From contig MRSU01000492.1 of the NCBI GenBank assembly GCA_008369845.1, positions 1-35,599 of the forward strand: DNA of 35,599 nt. Reading direction: 5' to 3'. The DNA comes from Trichomonas gallinae (taxonomy: Eukaryota). Below are positions 29,901-35,599 of this stretch, piece by piece. The translations under genes were made by a program, and so were the position numbers. Each line of letters starts with the position of its first letter. The first letter of the stretch is position 1. Under the pieces are notes generated by a model, which did not search any database, had not been told where the DNA came from, and saw only the letters and a program-made list of their open reading frames with translations.

Positions 29901-32423
29901 TGATTCTTTGTGACGCTTCTTTTTATGCTCTTCATGATCTTTCTCTTTTTTTTCGCTTCCTGGTTCCTTTATTTTCACTTCCTTTTCTTCTTTTTCCGTT
30001 TCGATGATTTTTTGTTCCTCTTCTTTTGGTTTTTCTTCGTCTTTTGGCTTTTCTAGATTTTTCTTTGGCCTTCCTGGTCTTCTCTTTGGTGGTTCTTCAT
30101 CCTTCTTTGGTTTATCTTCAATTTTCTTAGGAATTTCTTCTGAAACTTCCTCCAAATCACTTGGAATTCCTGTATCTGAAGGAATTTCGATTTTCTTTGG
30201 CTTTTCTTCTTTCTTTTTAGGTTTTTTGTCGGTTTTCTTCGTTTTATCTTTGGTTTCAGTTTCTTCTTTCATTCTAATTGCATCAAGTTCTTTAACTTTA
30301 TTTTCATCAATGACTGGCTCGAAAATGTGTGTTTGTTCGTCGATTTCTTTGAATGTTGTTCGTGGATCATTGCAAAGGAAGTCAAATTGAGGACAAAAGT
30401 TGTCCATAGCCAATTCTCTGAAGATTTCTCGCATTGGACGCAATACACATTCGCATGCATAATCAAAAGCGTCGTCAATATTGACATCTTCGTCAATAAT
30501 TTCACGCGGAAAGATAAATTCTTCATGAGTGTGTGAAGAGATGAGTCTGAGTAAAGGAACAAACTTTGTTGATGGATTTCCTTTGAAATATTTCAAATAA
30601 TCTTTTGTTCCATCTGGAATTACAACAAAATCAGGATTTAATGCCATCCAGTCTTCTTCTTTTCTGACTAGAAGCAGACTAAATAGCCAATCAACGATTT
30701 CGCTTGGAATTGAGCGATAATAAAATGGAACAATTGGAGATATCTTGAAAATGAAGTAAATGACATTCAATAGATGCTTATTCTCGGAAATTACCAAAAC
30801 TTTCTTGTTATTAAGAAGGCAATAAGCAACTAATCTTTGAAGATATTTCATTTTTCCTGTTATTCCGTTAGAAGGAAGGAAAGAATGAGGCAATTTGTCA
30901 GCACCTATCGGCAAGTCGTTTAATCTTTGCATAACTTTTGAGTATTTGTTCAATAAATTCGAATTTATTATATTATCCATTTTATCGAATTCATCTTCTT
31001 CGATTCCATCTTGGTCCCTACTCATGAAGCTTGAGACGATTTTCTCGTATTTATTGCGTTGATATGCAGTTGGAGGACAAGTAATTAAGAATTCATCATA
31101 GCAAACGTGACTTGGATTATAAACATCAAAACATTGAATACCATCAGGTGGATTCTCGTATGGCTTGATCAAAGATATGATAGAACGACATTTCAACATC
31201 GAAAGATTTAAATTCTGCGGAGTAATGAATGAATCAACGATAGTAACAAGCCATGGGAACCTGCTGAAGTCTTCTGATAATGTATTATAGGCTTCTGGTG
31301 AAATAATCAAGATATCAAAAATCGATTTCGAGCTTTGAAGAACTTTTTCGCGAAATGCTTGAATCTGAATTGGAGAGTTCGTTAATGTAATCATAGTGGC
31401 TTCTTCTAATATGTAGTCTATCGTGCTTTTGATTAAATTAAAATAATTTTCGGAAGTAATAAATAAAATTGGCGCGTAAAATTGGTTGCAACGACGAACA
31501 ACTAACAAGAAATTGAAGACGTAGCGGTGCAATTCTGAAATTAAGTTACTTCTCAGCATAAAACTTTGAAATTCGTAGAATTTTGTGTACATCTCGAAAA
31601 TTATATCCTCATTTGGCTCACCGACGAACTCAAATGGGTGTCCTTGCAATTCAGGCATCTTTTTCATTGCCTGATCGATTGGACGAGTAAATTCTTTGAA
31701 TTTTCGAACAATTTTCTTAAATTTCTTATCATCAGCGTTCTCTATTGTGCAATACTCGATGTTTAAAGCCTTCCATTTGACCATTGCGTAATTTTGATCA
31801 TCTTGAGTAAATAAATTTAATATATATTCAGGCTCAGTAAATATTGGGTTGAATAAAGGTTCGATTTTTCTGAATCCCAGTGCGGAAAAAACGCCAAATG
31901 TTTGTTCGCCTTTGTAATAAATTTCGATATCTTTTTTCTCGAGCCAAAGGAGATGATCATACGACGAATCCTGCAACTTTGTAAGGAATATGCACTTTCC
32001 ATCGATAATTTTTACTGCAATTATCTCGTCAATGTGACTTGCGATAAAACTCTGGATTAACTCTTGATTTGGATGATAGTAGTCAATCAAATGGAATTTT
32101 CCGTGATTATTGAAATCATTTTCGCGTAGTGGATTTGATATATTTGGTGTAATTCGTCTTTTCGATTTCGAAGGATAATGATTATTGCGTTGAGGAACAT
32201 TTTGCGTTGAAAGGCTTCTTGGAGGCTGATTTTGCATCGCAATGGAATCAGTTTGACCTGGTGTAATCATAGGATTTTTAATTGCGAGCATTGGATTAAT
32301 AGGAACTTGGCCATGAGGATAAGGGTAATTCATTCCTCGCGGCGGGTAGTTCCTTGCTGCGTATTCATCTGGAGTTGGTCGCCTTGGAACTGGATTCCCT
32401 GGATATGGGCGGAAACCCTCCAT
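26916..32423 (-). CDS. CHD-like chromatin protein: double chromodomain, degenerate SNF2 ATPase, AT-hook, KEKE region, SANT/SLIDE-like, FYRN/FYRC
   Basis: FLTKLQDSSYDHLLWLE and YAMVKWKALNIEYCTIE (chromodomains); FDILIISPE..FPWLVTIVDS and TGKMKYLQRL..KKVLVISE (SNF2 remnants); RRPGRPKK; WSENDFDLL..WGKW and WTSQDDRTL; LHSLGKI..YLYTSGF..SPDESWSEV..GHELFGL..MQKLPGA (FYR). Confidence 0.85.
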   Translation of the reverse strand: MEGFRPYPGNPVPRRPTPDEYAARNYPPRGMNYPYPHGQVPINPMLAIKNPMITPGQTDSIAMQNQPPRSLSTQNVPQRNNHYPSKSKRRITPNISNPLRENDFNNHGKFHLIDYYHPNQELIQSFIASHIDEIIAVKIIDGKCIFLTKLQDSSYDHLLWLEKKDIEIYYKGEQTFGVFSALGFRKIEPLFNPIFTEPEYILNLFTQDDQNYAMVKWKALNIEYCTIENADDKKFKKIVRKFKEFTRPIDQAMKKMPELQGHPFEFVGEPNEDIIFEMYTKFYEFQSFMLRSNLISELHRYVFNFLLVVRRCNQFYAPILFITSENYFNLIKSTIDYILEEATMITLTNSPIQIQAFREKVLQSSKSIFDILIISPEAYNTLSEDFSRFPWLVTIVDSFITPQNLNLSMLKCRSIISLIKPYENPPDGIQCFDVYNPSHVCYDEFLITCPPTAYQRNKYEKIVSSFMSRDQDGIEEDEFDKMDNIINSNLLNKYSKVMQRLNDLPIGADKLPHSFLPSNGITGKMKYLQRLVAYCLLNNKKVLVISENKHLLNVIYFIFKISPIVPFYYRSIPSEIVDWLFSLLLVRKEEDWMALNPDFVVIPDGTKDYLKYFKGNPSTKFVPLLRLISSHTHEEFIFPREIIDEDVNIDDAFDYACECVLRPMREIFRELAMDNFCPQFDFLCNDPRTTFKEIDEQTHIFEPVIDENKVKELDAIRMKEETETKDKTKKTDKKPKKKEEKPKKIEIPSDTGIPSDLEEVSEEIPKKIEDKPKKDEEPPKRRPGRPKKNLEKPKDEEKPKEEEQKIIETEKEEKEVKIKEPGSEKKEKDHEEHKKKRHKESLKEKAEREAKSKVKISKSEKKKKSEDESKSKSDIEEKPKKKKVEREESDKEESKNKKKKEEGESESKPKKKKEKTEQTEEEKEKRAELRKEKRRQKQEEKTLQKQKEEKMLKEKEEIIKKYKRTRLVTQPPGSTIDDSVYDRGIIRTVVKKESKVKDGIVYNRTKMRVKRVKESHWENGCVKRNIVRMRLTRRQELELDLTPIRRRRVIPEQEEKSDDYEYEYDDINENEQNEEEADETSESSEIEVAIVNNESSGSDDDESQVEQNQSSDIPASSESDDDQTLADDANNDKDDKRLYVFTSKGRIKPILNNVLTSKFVEIPDLRNAKLTKEDTSFVWSENDFDLLLMELGRICWGKWSQMAANMGAIVSPMAIKEAAYFMVEILLHIFNNERHPLLAGLYADFESTWPESYRENMLSTLTRSFSSKPNRSLSGLLGKMELLLGVSCLVASATEIPSGIFMQPIGAALPMEGWTSQDDRTLISMIWFTGLHKEDLGLEKVYKWSNGKTPSHAACLSRFEKVVEGLISRFNAMKYPADLTKHHEVAPEKLFDTPHNFVLTHDEQLQIARILQSFGFEKIEELKNILTEEEITKFKPVYDELWFCINDNNLPRLHIAVPLVTVQFLDHFIERASLANKAQKMLVENKDNLLCEDLALLTSLRSWGVDTAYFKSIIVRQLFEANKTHPNQIRHHIKGIFTNIAKTAESKAGNSSHDDTYDLDLPTNLGAGQTLHSLGKIIQKEGFYTEDYLYTSGFASRISLLVDNKNEDFDCFIKEGDDRPLFIVTMSSNTMITSTCNSPDESWSEVIKLIRQSMDPSFLIGSTDVLGHELFGLLNPIAIRFMQKLPGASELKGYKMKYFKLSILALKRNRGIRMIVRDEGQSSIPSSSREQITQSSKFVSRQASIEPEKKENYQKQQNIPQVSSLETTPIMMTTIHFGDVARKCVEGHKIYMDSNAFFEVSHLPNQDDIPIRDRLTQILRDFEDELLTIDDPTVE

Positions 32424-32640
32424 TTTTGAATTTTTTTTTTGTATTTTTTTGACAAATTTTAAATTTAGATTGGTTTTGTTATGCAGATAATATTTTATTA
32501 AATATTTTTTTGTTTTGACTTTTCAAGTTCCGAAAAAACGAGATTTTCTTTATTGAAGTTTAGAAATAATAAATATTCGTTGTATAGATTTAATATTTTA
32601 ATAGATTACTTGTTAAAACATCAGATTGCAAATTTTGTTT

Positions 32641-32937
32641 TGTAAATTTATTTACATGACATTTAAGGATTTTACGCGTCAAAAGGATTATAATAACAAT
32701 TCTATTTGATATAGATTGGAAATTATATATATTCGGAATTTTTTAATAATTTTTCAAAAAACAAAAAAGAATGTTTGATATGAATAACAAAGATTTCCTT
32801 GATTGCAGTTCAAAAATTATAAATATTGGAAATATAGTTTCCTTCTCTTGATAGATTATTTGTTAAAATATACAATAAGTTTTATTCTGTCTTGTAAATA
32901 AATTTACACGACATTTATGAGCTTTTACGCGTCAAAA
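32641..32937. repeat. Duplicated ~45-bp element in the CHD-like/Fluc divergent promoter
   Basis: TGTAAATTTATTTACATGACATTTAAGGATTTTACGCGTCAAAA (32641-32684) and TGTAAATAAATTTACACGACATTTATGAGCTTTTACGCGTCAAAA (32893-32937). Confidence 0.85.
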
Positions 32938-33100
32938 ATATCAAATTCAAAGTTTAAAATTTTTGACAGATTTAAAATGTAGATCGAAATAGCTATATGA
33001 ATGTTATTTTATTAATTAAATTTCATCGAAATGGCAAAAACGATAAAATTTTTGACATTTACATTTTTTTGATCGTTTTACATGACAAACATAATGTTAT

Positions 33101-33475
33101 ATGACTCTAACGTTGCTCTATGTTGCAATTGGAGGAGCTATTGGTGCTGTATTCCGTGGTGTGATATGCATACTCTTTGATAAATGTTATAAAAAGAAAT
33201 TTCCGTTAGCGGTGTTTTTAATCAATATAACAGCAGCGTTTGTCTATGGTTTGTGTTCTGAAATTGCGTTAAGAAAGACATATTCTAAAGATTTACATGA
33301 TGCAATTTTGACTGGATTCTGCGGCGGATATTCAACTTGGTCAACAATGGCAAGCCAGACGTTTAAGCTAGGTGAAAACAAAGATTACATCATTGCTGTT
33401 ACCAATATACTTGCAAATCATATAGTTGGTTTCTTTTTCGCATGGATTGGTCAAGTAATAGGAGAAAAGATCTAG
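33101..33475 (+). CDS. crcB: Fluc/CrcB-family fluoride channel-like protein, single domain
   Basis: 124 aa, 4 TM segments: AIGGAIGAVFR, FPLAVFLINI, ILTGFCGGYSTWST, NILANHIVG. Confidence 0.92.
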   Translation: MTLTLLYVAIGGAIGAVFRGVICILFDKCYKKKFPLAVFLINITAAFVYGLCSEIALRKTYSKDLHDAILTGFCGGYSTWSTMASQTFKLGENKDYIIAVTNILANHIVGFFFAWIGQVIGEKI

Positions 33476-33781
33476 TTATACTTAATTATTCGATTTTTAT
33501 CATTAAATATACTTGTTACATCAATAAATCTCATTTCTGATAAAAATATTTTGTTATATTTTTGTAAATCATGATTTAAAACATGAGAAATAGATGATAT
33601 TGATTTAATTTGATTTTTATTTATAATTCATTATTTGTTTTAAACACATTATGTAATTTGAAATTTGAAATTTATATTTTTAATAAATGAGACTCTGTAT
33701 CTGTTGAATTTGAAAGTTTATAAGTATTTAAAACATTTAGTCTAGAAAATTGTGAATAAATAAACAAAAAAGAAAAAATGA

Positions 33782-34858
33782 TTAATTATATGCGTCTCTA
33801 TGTCTCCTTACACGTAATTCATGTTTGAGTCTTGCAATTTCACGCTTCATTCCTTCGTTTTTAGTTCTAACTTCAGCCAAAAGATTTTCATCTTGTTCTC
33901 TCTTGATGAGAAGCTGCTCAAGTTTCTTATTCTGGTCCACGAGCTCGGTGTTAGTCTGTACTTGCGTTTCAATTGCAATAGATTTTGGAACTGAAGAAAG
34001 TAAACTTTGATTATCGATTAATATTGCATTGAGGGCGCTTTTCATGTTATTGCTGCTTGCATCTGAAGCTTTCTTGACGTCTGCTGCACGTTTTAGTGTC
34101 TCATTTAGTTTACTTCTCAATTGATTTAATTCTCTTTCTTGTTTTTCTGTTTCTTTTCTGATTTTGTCTTTGTGGTGAGTCTCCATGAGGTCTAATTTAG
34201 ACGTGTATTCCTTTACTTTAAGCTGATATGCATTCTCTTTGTCTTCAAGAACATTTATACAATCTTGAAGCTGTTCTTGAGCTCTTTGTAGGTTTTCGAG
34301 TCTTTCTTTTGTTTTCTCTTTGAGTGTTGCCTCCAAACGACGAATTTGCTCGTCTTCAAATTCTTGAGTTTTTGTAATCTCATCATATGCAATTTTGATG
34401 TCGACATCTTGTGTATGGACCGTTGTATTTCTAATACGTTCGATTTTATCGCGAATTGCGCTAATTTTCTTTTCAATCGGAGAAATTTCTTTATCTATCT
34501 TTGTATTCATCCAAGGTTCGACTTGTGAAAAGAATTCTTCGAATTCATTGTGTATTTGTTGAATTTGTTTCGTCTGTTCTTCGCCGAGTTTGGCCATTTG
34601 CGCGTAATAGTCTGATTTTATTTCATTAAGCAAAGCATTCTTACTAACGACAGTCCTTGCTTCCTTTCCTTTCTGAGCCTGGTCTTTTTGATCGTATTTA
34701 ACGCTTAAATTGTTATATTTATCTTCAGCATCAATAATTTCGGCTTCGATATATTGCAAATGATTATTTAAACGTGTTATTTCATCATCCATCAAATTTG
34801 TCTCAGTCTGGATGCGAAATTGGAATGTTTCGAGCTGTCTTTCTCTTTCTATAGTCAT
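33782..34858 (-). CDS. Coiled-coil hypothetical protein, 358 aa
   Basis: Continuous E/K/Q/L-rich heptads, no other motif. Confidence 0.88.
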   Translation of the reverse strand: MTIERERQLETFQFRIQTETNLMDDEITRLNNHLQYIEAEIIDAEDKYNNLSVKYDQKDQAQKGKEARTVVSKNALLNEIKSDYYAQMAKLGEEQTKQIQQIHNEFEEFFSQVEPWMNTKIDKEISPIEKKISAIRDKIERIRNTTVHTQDVDIKIAYDEITKTQEFEDEQIRRLEATLKEKTKERLENLQRAQEQLQDCINVLEDKENAYQLKVKEYTSKLDLMETHHKDKIRKETEKQERELNQLRSKLNETLKRAADVKKASDASSNNMKSALNAILIDNQSLLSSVPKSIAIETQVQTNTELVDQNKKLEQLLIKREQDENLLAEVRTKNEGMKREIARLKHELRVRRHRDAYN

Positions 34859-35599
34859 TTGTCAATTTTTGTAAACGTATTTTTTTTTTACAAAATTTGA
34901 CAAGCATCAATTTTAGCTTCCGCGTGTCCGCACTTTAATCTTATCTTCGAGACTATTTTCCATGCTTTGACTCGATTTTATCTTCCAAAGATGCATCTCT
35001 ATATTTGCAAAAAAATGAGCTTCTAAAAATCATTTTAGTGGTCCATCCACAACTTTAATTTATTATAAAATCATTTACTATTGAGTATTCATTAATCACA
35101 GATTATGTAGGAGTGTTTCCACTAAGCATACCGAATATAAAACTTTAAAAAATTCGCATCATTTGCCACTAACAATACTATAGAAGGAAATGGTCAGTTA
35201 TATGAAGCACTCAGAGAATGATGATATGTATTGTGAAGCACATAGATAAGATTATGTAGTGAATATAGGCAAAATAGCACAAACTTATTCCCGAGCTAAA
35301 GAAATTCTATCTTATATCATTACATGCAGAAATGAAGTATCAAAATGATTTACATATGTTTTTTTATCAATTTGAATGTTTTTTTATGCACAATCCTCTC
35401 TTTTGCTCAATTTGTGCGATCAATTCAAAAAAAAAAATTTTAATAGGAAATTAGAAGCCTAGGGTAATATCACAGCAATAAAATATTACATAAAAATTAT
35501 TGGATATAAACTCCAAAAGCTGAATTGTTGATAACATATTTGTCGAACGGTGCATAAAAATGCATATTGATTGAAAAATTGTAGAATTTCGTTAGAATA

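Noticed and set aside
32990..33100. Possible fluoride riboswitch upstream of crcB
   Set aside because: No GGxGAUGG...CUGAUGAC-type consensus or compatible stems.
34900..35599. Slightly GC-richer patches with ATGATGA and short SLEDKI-like peptide echoes on the minus strand
   Set aside because: No sustained ORF or complete RNA motif; unresolved at the window edge.

Overview
AT-rich, gene-dense eukaryotic DNA in which I found no introns. It is most consistent with a trichomonad such as Trichomonas vaginalis: TCA(C/T)T initiators sit just before ATGs, TAAA poly(A) signals overlap stop codons, and the gene families are typical (TKL kinase, R2R3-Myb, transmembrane cyclase-like, ankyrin). The window holds about 18 intact CDSs, including the 3' end of histone H3 that the ORF track missed, and 2 clear pseudogenes. 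Highlights: (1) an unannotated GC-rich RNA at ~489-608 whose 3' hairpin has canonical H/ACA guide geometry and a predicted LSU rRNA target; (2) a strongly recurrent upstream motif TTTACNNG(A/T)CA and a paired CCC(C)T motif, both often spaced 20-21 bp apart; (3) four full-length ORFs that appear to have lost their catalytic residues (FANCJ/RTEL1-like helicase, Moco-sulfurase-like, transmembrane cyclase-like, CHD-like with FYR domain); (4) two bacterial-type genes (DUF4272-like and a single-domain Fluc/CrcB with altered pore residues). All family calls come from motif recognition by eye, without database searches.
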